Shown here piece after piece: positions 38,653 through 51,300 of a stretch of 64,000 nucleotides of DNA. The notes under the pieces were generated by a model. The model searched no databases. It saw nothing but the letters and a program-made list of their open reading frames with translations, and was not told the origin of the DNA. This stretch comes from Octopus bimaculoides (lineage: Eukaryota), in contig NC_068983.1 of assembly GCF_001194135.2 (NCBI RefSeq), positions 57,944,127-58,008,126 of the forward strand, in the 5' to 3' direction. Each line of letters starts with the position of its first letter. Position 1 is the stretch's first letter. The position numbers and the translations under genes were made by a program.

Positions 38653-39539
38653 TAATAAACTTCTCTAGTTCAAAAACAAATATTTATAGTTTGACGGATA
38701 GCTCTTATTATATTGGCAGTTCCATGTTTATAACTTGCTTTCTTTTCTCGAACAAAACATTATGAGCTTGTTGATTCTTTGAGAGATTGGTACTGTGGTA
38801 TCGGAGGGGGGAAGAGTTAACCAACAATTAAAGAATACTTAATTGTGGATTTGCAAAAAAAACAACACAAAGAAGAAGGACAGTTTTAACTCTTTGAGTC
38901 ACAATAAAACTAAAATAAAACAAATAAGTATAAAAATGAATTAGAAATCCTTGTGATCAAAGAATTAAAGAAAACTGCATGAAATTATTTTTTCATTAAA
39001 TATGGAAAATGAAAAAAGAAATACAATACTTAACAATAATTAATATTTCAAAGAAAGGTTAATGATACAAACGCATACAAGTTTTCTAAGAGGACATATT
39101 ATGGTTCCAAACTAGTTTTATATCTTCAATTAATACTTCTAAAAACCTAATTTTTAGCTTCATTGGTTACTAATTGAATCTTAAAACACAAAGATAGCCT
39201 TTTTTTCATAAATGTAATCGTTGTGATGAGATTAAAGCGAAAAAATGTTAATGTCTTGTGACGGATCATACTAAAGGTCAACCCGGTAAAATTTGATTCC
39301 AAGAAGATGGACATCATTGGTTCTGTAAATAATTACCATTAAAATCATCTCTGTAATCCTTCATAATTAGTTTGGTAATGTTGTGGAGCCTGAAACAAGG
39401 AACAAACAATCTTTGGTGTTAATCTACATTATTTAATAGTTGGGAGTACTTATTCGTTATTTGTAGCAGCAAATTTATCAAAGAGAAATTTACCTTTGTA
39501 AAAAATAAGGTGTTTCTATCAAAGACTCGTTTGCGTCAT

Positions 39540-39711
39540 TAACTCATCATCATCATCATCATTGTTGTCTTTATCTTTGTCATTGTCATCATCATCATCA
39601 TCATAATTGTTATCATTGTCATCATCGTCGTCATCATCATCATCATCATCATCATCATAATCATCATCATCATCCGCATCATTCTCATCATCATCATAAT
39701 TGTTATCATTG

Positions 39712-39748
<37 letters not shown>

Positions 39749-40500
39749 TCTCATCATCATCATCATCATTGTTATCATTGTCATTATCGTCGTCATCATC
39801 ATCATCATCATCNNNNNNNNNNNNNNNNNNNNNNNNNNNNNNNNNNNNNNNNNNNNNNNNNNNNNNNNNNNNNNNNNNNNNNNNNNNNNNNNNNNNNNNN
39901 NNNNNNNNNNNNNNNNNNNNNNNNNNNNNNNNNNNNNNNNNNNNNNNNNNNNNNNNNNNNNNNNNNNNNNNNNNNNNNNNNNNNNNNNNNNNNNNNNNNN
40001 NNNNNNNNNNNNNNNNNNNNNNNNNNNNNNNNNNNNNNNNNNNNNNNNNNNNNNNNNNNNNNNNNNNNNNNNNNNNNNNNNNNNNNNNNNNNNNNNNNNN
40101 NNNNNNNNNNNNNNNNNNNNNNNNNNNNNNNNNNNNNNNNNNNNNNNNNNNNNNNNNNNNNNNNNNNNNNNNNNNNNCATCATCATCATCATCTTCATCA
40201 TCATCGTCACCATCAACATTATTGTCATCATCATCATCTTCTTCATCATCATCATCACCATCAACATTATTGTCATCAGCATCATAATCATCATCATCAT
40301 CATCATTATCATTGACATCACTGTCATTATCACCGTCATTATCATCATTATTATCATCATAACTGTCATAATCATCATCATCATCATCATCATCATAATC
40401 ATCATCACCATCATATTTATCATTGTTGTCATCATCATCATCATCAACATCTGGACTGTCATCAGTATTGACACTGTCATTTTCATCCGCAGCAGCCACA
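39540..40500. repeat. (ATC/GTC)n tract of ~1 kb spanning a gap
   Basis: Direct inspection. Confidence 0.95.
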
Positions 40501-42004
40501 GTCACAGCAACAGAAGCATCGTTGCAATCATCTTTGGTGTGATGGTGGTGGTGATGTCATCATCATCATTGTCATTGTTTTAATATCCACTTTTCTATAC
40601 CTGCATGGGTCAGACAGAATTTGTTAAGGTTGGCTCTTCTACAGCTAGACACCTTTCCTGTCACCAACCCTCACCTCTTTCTAAACGAGGTAATATTTCC
40701 CCAGTTCAGACATGTCTCCATAGAATATTGGCACTGGCATCATTGTCATGGTACATAAAAAGCACCATTCTAGCATGCATGTCTGATGCTAGTGCCAGTG
40801 ACATTTAAAAAGCATCATTCTAGTACGGTCGACGCCAGTGCCACCTGACTGGCACCCATGTCGGTGACACATAATTAGGCCTTTAACTTGAATGATTATT
40901 ATTATTATTATTATTATTAAACCCTGACATTTTATGTATTGTATTAATAAGAGCTTTCCTACTTGTACAGATATTTCTACTTTATTCCTATTTTATTTTA
41001 TTTGTATTTTTTAAATAATGGAATATGTTATTTGAATTTATAAAGACCTGAAGAGTGACTTCATTCTGAAAAGAATTTATCTTGATCGATTTCTTGTGAA
41101 TTGCACAGATTTTTTCTGCTATTATGTGGCCATGAAACACGCATAGTCTACAATTCACTTTCTTTTTTATCANNNNNNNNNNNNNNNNNNNNNNNNNNNN
41201 NNNNNNNNNNNNNNNNNNNNNNNNNNNNNNNNNNNNNNNNNNNNNNNNNNNNNNNNNNNNNNNNNNNNNNNNNNNNNNNNNNNNNNNNNNNNNNNNNNNN
41301 NNNNNNNNNNNNNNNNNNNNNNNNNNNNNNNNNNNNNNNNNNNNNNNNNNNNNNNNNNNNNNNNNNNNNNNNNNNNNNNNNNNNNNNNNNNNNNNNNNNN
41401 NNNNNNNNNNNNNNNNNNNNNNNNNNNNNNNNNNNNNNNNNNNNNNNNNNNNNNNNNNNNNNNNNNNNNNNNNNNNNNNNNNNNNNNNNNNNNNNNNNNN
41501 NNNNNNNNNNNNNNNNNNNNNNNNNNATATATATATATATATATATATACATGCACACATATATCTGCATATATGCATACACACATACAAACACACATAT
41601 AAATATAAACATATAAACACATTCACATATACATATATGTATATGATGGGCTTCTTTTAGTTCCCATCAAACAAAACGACTCACAAAACTATGGTGATCT
41701 AAGGCTATAGTCGAAGACAATTTCCCAAAATGCCATGCAGAGGAAGTGAACCTGAAGCCATGTGTTTGAGGAGCAAACATTTTAAATGATTACCATTAAA
41801 ATCAATGTAATCCTTCATAATTAGTTAGATAATGTTGAAGTCTGTGCCAAAGAACAAAAGATCTTTAGTGAATTTACATCTTTCAATATTCAAAATATTC
41901 ATTCACCACGCATTCATGAAAGACAAATTATCTTCATAAAACATAAGGTCTTTACATCAAAGACACGTTTTGGTCATTAACTTAGAAAGTATTGTACTAA
42001 ACTT

Positions 42005-42235
42005 TTAGCAATAAAGATCGTTTGCCAACATAACATGACAGTCCTGGTTTAGGACAAGTGTTGCTGTAATTTAGCCCCAGGAGACATCGTCTTCAGCTGG
42101 TTATACGACACGATCTGTGACCTTATATCTGTGCTCTATAGCCAACTGGAGACAATGTCTTCTGGGGCTAAATTACAGCAACATTCGTCCTAAACCAGGA
42201 CTGCCATGTTATGTTGGCAAACAATCTTTACTACA
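42005..42235. mobile_element. Foldback/MITE element with ~95-bp inverted arms
   Basis: 42011-42105 is the reverse complement of 42137-42231 with few mismatches; a related single arm lies near 17120-17165. Confidence 0.8.
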
Positions 42236-42290
42236 AAGTACTGTTGCTGAATATCTCACATTGTGAGATTTAGAAATAGTAATTTTCTAA

Positions 42291-42510
42291 ACCTTTAGAA
42301 TTCACATTATTCTGTCAAAAGTAATGCTCGTTAATTCACCTTGTTTCAAATTAATCAGACACTATTTTGTAGTTTTGAGATTTTGATCAAGTAACTTTTA
42401 ATTTTTAGAATTATATTGTAGGGTTAGTGTGAGAGGTCAGATCAGGCCAGTTTGAACATAAAATGGGTGAAATATTTTGGACAGATATGGCCTGTTTAAA
42501 TTCTAAAGGG
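42291..42510. mobile_element. MITE with piggyBac-like short TIRs
   Basis: Ends are (a)cctttagaatt and aattctaaaggg; TTAA TSD is eroded. Confidence 0.55.
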
Positions 42511-42764
42511 TTTGTTAAATTGGCTGGACACAGACCATGCATAGCTGACCACAGAAGATAACCAGCACCCTACCAAGAGATTGACAGTTAGTACCCTGAA
42601 TAGCACTGAATTGTGTCTTTGTGAAAACCAACATCCTTCTGATGGCTCAGTCCATTTAGCTGTAAGCAGGTATCACTAAGTAGGAATATTTCTCAAGCCA
42701 AGAGCTAAAAGTACTAATATTTTATTTGTAGAACTGATTTCAGATCTTCATGTGATCATAATCT

Positions 42765-43455
42765 TTTCTACTCTAGGCACAAGGCCCAAAATTTTAGGGG
42801 AGGGGGCCAGTCTATTAGATTGACCTCAGTACAAAACTAGTGCTTAATTTATCAACCTCGAAAGGATGAAAGACAAAGTCAGCCTCGGTGGAATTTGAAC
42901 GTAAAGACAGACAAAATACCGCTAAGTATTTCGCCCAGCATGCAAACGTTTCTGCCAGCTTGCCGGCTTGAGATAAAAATAGTAATAATAATCCTTTCTA
43001 CTATAGGCACAAGGCCGGAAATTTTGGGGGAAGGCGCAAGTCGATTACATCGATCCCCAGTACAAAAACTGGTAGTTAATTTATCAACCCCAAAAATGAC
43101 AAAAGGCAAAGTCGACCTCGGTGGAATTTGAACTCAGAACGTAAAGACAGACGAAATACTGCTTAGTATTTTGTGCAGCATGTTAAGGTTTCTGCCAGTT
43201 CGCTGCCTTCTTCATGTTACCATAATGTCAATATTGATGAGTTAAACCAGGCAGTGAGCTGGCAGAAATGTTAGCACACTGTGCGAAATGCTTAGTGGTA
43301 TTTCTGAGTTCAAATTCTACTGAGGTCGACTTTGCCTTTCATCTTTTTAGGGTCAATAAATTAAGTATCAGTTGCATACTGTGGTCAATCTAATCCACTG
43401 CTCCCCCCCCCCTCACTAAAAATTTCAGTCCTTGTGTCTAGAGTAGAAAAGAATA
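42765..43455. mobile_element. Cluster of three SINE B copies (two minus, one plus)
   Basis: Repeated aggcaaagtcgacctcggtggaatttgaac core. Confidence 0.85.
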
Positions 43456-43997
43456 TTGATGGGTTAAACAGATTGATATTAGCAAGACTTTATGGGAAGT
43501 GGTGTCCCCATAATGTAATTAATTAAGGAATGTCTCTCATAGGGAGAGAAGGGCCTGTAAGGATTGAAATGTGACAAACAAACAAACAAACAAAAATGAC
43601 TAGAAACAATACCTCCACCTTCATTAAGGCAGAGGTAAAACTATAGTGGGATTCTTTACAAACATAGAATGGCTATAAGGGTCCAGTTCAGTAAAATAAG
43701 AACCAAAGGGGTCCATAGAGAGAAATGGTTGAGAATTACTGTACTAGGGTAATGGATTAACAAAGGATTCTTTCCCTCTATATACATATCGTTGCTATTA
43801 TGCAACAGTCTTGTAAGTCCAAAACGTTGCTTTTTCAGAAAAAGAAAAAATGGTTTCCCTTTTCCATTTCATTTTACATTAGAAACAGTTTCAGCTTAAC
43901 AATAATACTTCGTTGGGTGCATAAAATCGTAACTCCATGCATGTTTGATATTTTCAGTCAGAAATATTTTTGCAAAACTATCCTATGTGGGACTTAC

Positions 43998-44226
43998 TAC
44001 ACTTTTGAAAAATGCTAAACCATTGTAGTACACTTTGACAATTTTCATATCTTGACATCTGAAGCAGTTGGAGATAAGATAGTTTGACCAAAAGATCCGG
44101 CTATTGCAAGCAGAATTTAAATATTGCAAAAAATGCATTTGCCCAAATTTGCACATACGACAGTCTAACATAATAGGAACGATACTGTTGGTGTACAAGT
44201 CTTCTTTGTCTTCCATCCTTCCAGAG
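43998..44226 (-). CDS. Candidate internal coding exon (76 codons; weak TIR-domain C-terminal resemblance)
   Basis: tttcttttatcag acceptor, gtaagt donor; 229 nt (1+228) with only one open frame: SGRMEDKEDLYTNSIVPIMLDCRMCKFGQMHFLQYLNSACNSRIFWSNYLISNCFRCQDMKIVKVYYNGLAFFKSV. Confidence 0.5.
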
Positions 44227-44816
44227 CTGATAAAAGAAACACCAGTAATATACTACGAAGAGCAAATTGATAAGGGAGCAGACAATTACGACTCGTTTAA
44301 ACTCAAGCTTACATTTTATTTTCAACCTCAACAAACATGTTTGAAATTGAAACATACAAACAAATGAAAGCTTAATTACATAATGTTGAAATTTCTCACA
44401 AGGCATCATTTAGCTAATTACATTCAAATTGTCATGTTGCAAAACTTTTCCAGATTTAGAAATAATCAATAAAAACGAAATAGCTGATGGCTTTGTTGAT
44501 TGTGGAGAGAAACCTTATAGCATGTTTTGAAGAAGATATACAATGTGTGTAAAAGTTATAGCGGGTGTGTGGTAAGGAGCTTGCTTCTCAACCACAGGGT
44601 TCCAGGTTCAGTTCCACTGCATGGCACCTTGGGCAAATGTCTTCTACTATAGCCTCAGGTTGATAGAAGTCATCTGAGTGGATTTCGTAGATGGAAACTG
44701 AAAGAAGCCCAAAATGCCAAGACACAATTAGAGTCTGGGATGCTCTCTGGCTGGCCAACTCCTGTCAAACTGTCTAACCCATGCCATCATGGAAAATCGA
44801 TTTTAAATGATGAGGG

Positions 44817-44856
<40 letters not shown>

Positions 44857-45479
44857 ATATCTCTGCATAGATCTATAGCTTGTGTCTCTGTGCAAAGAAA
44901 CAGAACATTAAAAATGGGGGTGGGGCGTACGAAGTTACAAGCACGACAGGTGTTTCTGGGGTGGTTACTTTATAATGTTAATAGATGTAGTACACAAAAA
45001 TATGCAACCAGAGACAGAAGCACATAGGCATTGGGTAAATTAATCCTCCATTTTCAGGGTGGATATATATANNNNNNNNNNNNNNNNNNNNNNNNNNNNN
45101 NNNNNNNNNNNNNNNNNNNNNNNNNNNNNNNNNNNNNNNNNNNNNNNNNNNNNNNNNNNNNNNNNNNNNNNNNNNNNNNNNNNNNNNNNNNNNNNNNNNN
45201 NNNTATATATATATATATATATATGCATACATACATACATACATACATACATACATACAACAGGTTCCTTTCAGTTTCTGTCTGCAACATCCACTCATGA
45301 AACTTTCGTCAGCCTGCGGCAATAGTAGAAGATACTTGCCCAATGAGATTGAACCTAAGACGACATGGTTGGGAAGCAAGCTTCTTAACCAACCAGCTAC
45401 ACCTGCACCTACAACTAAAATAATAAGACACTCATAAGATACAGGAATATTTTTATCACACAAGTGTCTCTCCATCAGT

Positions 45480-45785
45480 TACAATGTTGAGGGTTCCAGT
45501 GGGTCCATTCAACGGAACAGTCTGCTCATGAAATTAACGTGCAAATGGCTGAGTACTCCACAGACCACGTGTACCCTTAATGTAGTTCTCAGAGAGATTT
45601 AGTGTGACACAGAGTGTAACAAGGCTGGCCCTTTTGAATTACAGGTACAACTCATTTTTGCCCGCTGAGTAGACTGGAGCAATATGAAATAAAGCGTCTT
45701 GCTAAAGTACACAACGCACCACCAGAAATCGATCTCATGGCCTTACAGTCCTCAGAGCTAAATACCCTGGCCACTAAGCCATGCA
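45480..45785 (-). mobile_element. SINE family C
   Basis: Reverse complement of the family C layout. Confidence 0.8.
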
Positions 45786-45805
45786 ACTTCACATCTTTCA
45801 TCATA

Positions 45806-46675
45806 TGAGCTCTGATCAATAAGTCTCCGAACTGTTGCCATAGTAACAAAGCTAAAGGATGCAGAGTAAAGCTGCTTTGCACACATTGACCTTGGCCTCT
45901 GCTGTGCATGCACACTAAGTTTTAACATTCTAGCTCACTTCTGTTTACAGCAGTGTTTGGAAGGAACGTGTGTATCGTGTGATCATCACATTGTCCATGA
46001 CATTGAAAGTTGTCATGGCAATACCTGCTCAGAGGCCAACGAAAAGTTGCATAAAGTGTATGGAGAGGAGTGTATGAGTTGCACACAAGTGTACAAGAGG
46101 TTCAGACGTTTCCAAGATGGTAGAAAAAATGTTGATATTGACAAACGTTCTAGGAGACCCACAACCAGCAGAACTGAGACAAACATCATAGATGTGTGTG
46201 TAGCTGTGAGAGAAAATTGTTGAATCACTATCTGTGAGTTATCAGAGGATGGGCAGATTAGTTACAGTTCAGTTCTGTCTATTATGTCTGAAGATTTAGG
46301 TATGAGACGCATGTCTCCTAAGTTTGTGCCAAAACTGCTTTCAGCTGACCAAAAAGACACTCGGATTTCAGTTTCACAAGATCTCCTTGATTGTGTCGAC
46401 AATGATGAAAACTTTTTGAAAACTTTGCGTAGTCCTCTGAGCTATTGGGAAAAAATGATGCAGATTCTCTGCTCAACTTTCTCTGTCATGGGACCCAACA
46501 CGCTACACAGATTCCTTCTCAACACTGCTGTAAACAGCAGAAGTAAGCTAGAACGTTTAAACTTTGTGTACATACGCAACAGAGTTCAAAGTTAATCTGT
46601 GCCAAGCAGCTTTACTCTGCACACTTTAGCTTCGTTACTACGGCAATAGTCCGGATACTTATTGATCAGCCCGCG
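45806..46675. mobile_element. Mariner-derived element bounded by two inverted 5' ends (~250 bp), with TA on both sides
   Basis: Plus-strand relic ...VYGEECMSCTQVYKRFRRFQDGR...KRSRRP...LGMRRMSPKFVPKLLSADQK; 46425-46675 is an inverted copy of the 5' end, including MTEKVEQRICI. Confidence 0.85.
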
Positions 46676-47413
46676 TAGATTAACTTAATCACAGTCAATC
46701 CAGGGTTAAAACAACAGCAACAACAACTTTTAAATTCTAAATCTCAACATTTTAGTAGATTCATAACATTTCATATTTTTTAAAGTTTTGTTTCCAGCCG
46801 TACATTCATAGTTCATTAAAGTATTTACTAATTAAAATGGTTAGTTTGCAGATGTATAAAATCTAGTTCACAACTTAATAGCTGGTTCTTATCTTTTTCA
46901 AAGATACTTGATTAAACATTCATTAGACTATAAAACATATAAACATACAAATATGCATCGCATAACACTTTATCTTCAAACTTCTCTGAATTCAATGAAG
47001 TCTTATGCCATAAGGAACGGTTTTGGTTTTGCTAAATTATTTAACTTATTTTACCGACGCCAAGAGGATATTATTTTCCTTTGATGATTTTCTTGACGCT
47101 TGTTAGTGTAAAATTTTATAAGCATTCTTGAAACACATTTATGATGAGACATATCACACATACACACATACATATGTGTATATATGTATGTATGTATATA
47201 TANNNNNNNNNNAATAAGTACTAGGCTTACAAAGAATAAGTCCTGGGGTCAATTTGCTTGACCAAAGGTGGTGCTCCAGCATGGCCGCAGTCTAAAGATA
47301 AACGATACTGGCTGTATGCTTCACATTGGTTCTTATTCTATTAGTCTTTTGCTTAACTGTTAAGTTACAGGGGCATCAACAAACCAACACCAGTTAGAAC
47401 TAGCACAAAGACA

Positions 47414-47453
<40 letters not shown>

Positions 47454-47814
47454 GCATATGATGGGCATACACACAGTTTGTGTCTACTAAATTAACTCAT
47501 GAGTCATCGGTCAAGCCTGGGGCTATGTAGTAGAAAATGCCCAAAGTGCTGTGCAATGGAACGGAACCCAAAACCTTATGGTTGCAAAGCAAGCTTCTTA
47601 ACCACACAGCCATGCCTGCTCCTATAATGAGGGTTTTTTTGTTGGCGTGTTTATTGTACCATCTGGTTGCTTGTCCTACAGTTAACCATCATATTCTGAA
47701 GTTAGAGAGGAATGTGTTGTTAGTCAAACTCCCTGAATGAAGAAGTGTTGTGTTCACATCACAGCAGTGGTCATGAGCATTGGAACCAATCACCATCATC
47801 ATTGTGTGATCAAT

Positions 47815-48312
47815 AAATGTTGTTGTTGGCACTCCGTCGCTTATGACGTCGAGGGTTCCAGTTNNNNNNNNNNGTTATGATGACGAGGGTTCCAGTTGAT
47901 CCAATCAATGGAACAGCCTGCTTTGGAAATTAACATGCAAGTGGCTGAGGGCTCCACAGACATGTGTACCTTTAATGTAGTTCTCGGGGAGATTCAGTGT
48001 GACACAGAGTGGGACAAGGCTGGCCCCTTTGAAATACAGGTACAACAGAAACAGGAAGAAAGAGTGGGAGAAGGTTGTGGTGAAAAAGTACAGCAGAGGT
48101 CGCCACTATTCCCTTCNNNNNNNNNNGAGTGGGAGAAGGTTGTGGTGAAAAAGTACAGCAGAGGTCGCCACTATTCCCTTCCGGAGCCTCGTGGAGCTTT
48201 AGGTGCTTTCACTCAATAAACACTCACAACATCCGGACTGAGAATCGACATTGCAATCCTAAGACCGTGAGTCTGCTACCCTAACCACTGGACCATTGTG
48301 CCTTCACATTTA

Positions 48313-48348
<36 letters not shown>

Positions 48349-48600
48349 GGCGCATGGCTTACTGGTTAGGGCATTCCGCACACAATCGTATGGTCGTGAG
48401 TTCAATTCCCCGCAATGCATTATGTTCTTGAGCAAGACACTTTATTTCACATTGCTCCAGTCCACTCAGCTTGCGAAAATGAGTACTACCTGTATTTCAA
48501 GGGGCCAGCCTTGTCACACTTTGTGTCACACTGAATCACCCTGAGAACTACGTTAAGGGTACATGTGTTTGTGGAGTGTTCAACCACTTGTACGTTAATT
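47815..48600. mobile_element. SINE cluster: family C (minus, 47815-48060), another tRNA-headed SINE (minus, 48060-48305), family C (plus, 48345-48600)
   Basis: tRNA-like heads (tggtccagtggttaggg; tggcttactggttaggg) and the family C core. Confidence 0.75.
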
Positions 48601-50169
48601 TCATCTGTGTTTGTCCCCATTACTGCTTGACAAATGGTCTTGGTATGTTTATTCCCCCGTAACAAAGTGGTTTCACAAAAGAGATTCCTAGAGTAAGTAC
48701 CAGGTTAAAACAAATACTGAGGGGTGTCAATTCCTTCAACAAAAAATCCTTCATGTTGGTGCACCAGTATGACCACATTATAATGACTGAAACAAGTAGA
48801 TGAATTTAAGTTATGTCTTTACCTTGCTTACTTATTGTAAAGATCTGATAATTTCTATTCATAGTTAGTCATATATAGCACCATATCATTCTTATTAGAA
48901 ATCATCTGCATGATGGAACTGGAAGAAAATAAATTAAACTAAATCAAACATTTTACAAAGCAAAACCTTTCTAATAAATGGAAAATAATTACAGTTTGGA
49001 AGACATTTATGGAATATCTGGAATTTTTTCTTTCTTTTCCTCCTTGTTCATTAATAGGTCATCAATTGAGAAGGGGAATAAGTTTCCTACGAACAGATTA
49101 ATTGCTTCCAAGGATTTCTATCTTGCGACACTTTTCTTATTGTAGTTACTCTTAGAGTTTTGACTAAGAAAGAAATTCCCAAGCTGTTTTTGGTTTGTTT
49201 CAATTTAATAGTTTTTGGTCTGAACTCCCCTAAATAATTAGTTAACTCAGCACTGTAGATCTACTGAAATAAAGTTGATTTGGGGTTACTCACCAATATC
49301 CCAATAAAAGATCTTATATACATCAATAGCTATGTTTGCTAGATTATTTTCTCTGAATATTAAGACAACAATAGTTGTAAACAGTTTTCAAGAGAGCATT
49401 TCACGATACTAAATCTTTGCAAAACTTTCGAAATATCAGTCACAAAAATCAGTTAATGGTGTAGTTTGGAAATAAAAGTCTGAGAACCATGTGAAAACAT
49501 AAAACGACTGATTATGTGCTAAGACATTTACGAAGACAATTTCAACACCTCCAGCAAACCAACCAACCAACCAACCACCTAAAAATGGCTGTACTTTACA
49601 GAGGAATTAGAAAAGCTGAAAGAAATCGAGGGGAATATAATTTTTATTAAACTTAATGCATGCAGAATTTATGAGTTGTTGTGTGCAAGTTGAGGCAACA
49701 AATGTCAACATTTCTACCAGTTTGCTAGGCAATGGAAATCCAACAAGCCAAACTATACATGATGTTCAGTCAGCCATGAAACGATATATTCCTATGAAGA
49801 CAGCTTAAAAGGAATAAATATTATCAGATCAAGCATCAAATAAGGTAACCACATAGCTACCTCTTTAAATGGCTGAAGGTATCAAGGACAAAAAAATAAT
49901 CAATTAAATTTGAAAAGATAAGAAAAAATGCAAATTTCCATACAAAGGTGTTTTGTATGGAAATTTGCATTGTATTGTTGACAACAATACAAAAGTTTTC
50001 ATTACTTGGAACAGAATCAAATTTTGACGATAAAATCCGTCAAAGTACTTATTGACTACAAATATCTGACAACTATGGTATTATGCATCTAAGCAAATAC
50101 ATGACTCTGTCGCCACGCTTCAACCGGCTGACAAATAAATGCTATTTTTATTTTTACAACAAAACTAAA

Positions 50170-50625
50170 AGTAAGAATCTTTTCTACTCTAAGCGAAAAG
50201 CCCCCCAATTTTTTGTGGGGAGGGGACCAATCGATTAGATCGACCCCAGTACGCAACTGGTACTTAATTTATCAACCCTGAAAGGATGTAAGGCAAAGTC
50301 GACCTCGGTGGAATTTGAACTCAGAACATAAAGGCACAAAATACAGCTAAACATTTCACCTGGCATGTTAACGATTCTGCCAGCTCGTTGCCTTAAAATA
50401 ATCTTTTCTACTCTAAGCATAAATCCCAACATTTTGGGGGAGAGGGCCAGTCGATTAGCTCGATCCTAGTACACAGCTGGTACTTAATTTATCGACCCCA
50501 AAAGTATGAAAGCAAAGTTGATCTTGGCGGAATTTGAACTCAGATCATAAAGACAGACGAAATAACGCTAGGCATTTCGCCTGGCGTGCTGACGATTCTA
50601 CCAGCTCGTTGCCTTAAACTAAGAG
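50170..50625 (-). mobile_element. Two tandem SINE B copies
   Basis: Repeated family B core. Confidence 0.85.
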
Positions 50626-50854
50626 TAAGAATGGTTTAAGACTGTACAAGCTATTGTTTAAATAATATTAATAAATTAAATGGCCAAATTCCCAAAAGCT
50701 ATTCTGGTCTTACATATGGATGTACTGTAATTATTTATGCATAATATGCACTTTTCCATGAAAAGAAACCCTCAAAAGTGCCTGATTGTTGGGCAAAGTT
50801 TAAAGACCATTGTCAAATTTACTTTATAATATTGTGTTATTTTTTTTATTTGCT

Positions 50855-51059
50855 TAGGTCATTTGACTGTGGCCATGCTGGAGTACTGCCTTTTAGATGA
50901 AGAAATTGACCCCTGAACGTATTCTTTGTAGGCCTCATGCTTATTCTGTCGGACTCTTCTGCTGGACAGCTAAATTACGGGGATGTAAACACACCAACAT
51001 CGGTTGTCAAGTGATGGTGGGGAGGACAGACATAGACACAGAGAAACACACGCACAGAA

Positions 51060-51143
<84 letters not shown>

Positions 51144-51300
51144 GACAGGCTTCTTTCAGTTTCCATCTACCAAATCCATTCACAAGGTTTTTGTCGGGCC
51201 AAGGCTATAGTAGAAGACACTTTACCAAGGTGCCATGTAACAGGACTGAACCCAGAACCATGTGGTTGGGAAGCAAGCTTATTACCACACCGCCATGTGT
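50855..51300 (-). mobile_element. SINE family A, full length with internal (TA)n
   Basis: Family A layout. Confidence 0.85.

Noticed and set aside
39519-40505. 328-aa Asp-rich ORF (possible biomineralisation-type acidic protein)
   Set aside because: (GAT)n microsatellite spanning a gap; no signal peptide or exon boundaries, and a poly-Met frame is equally open
48832-48918. Minus-strand exon-like segment (ttttcttccag...gtaagc)
   Set aside because: Stops in all three frames; at most a non-coding exon
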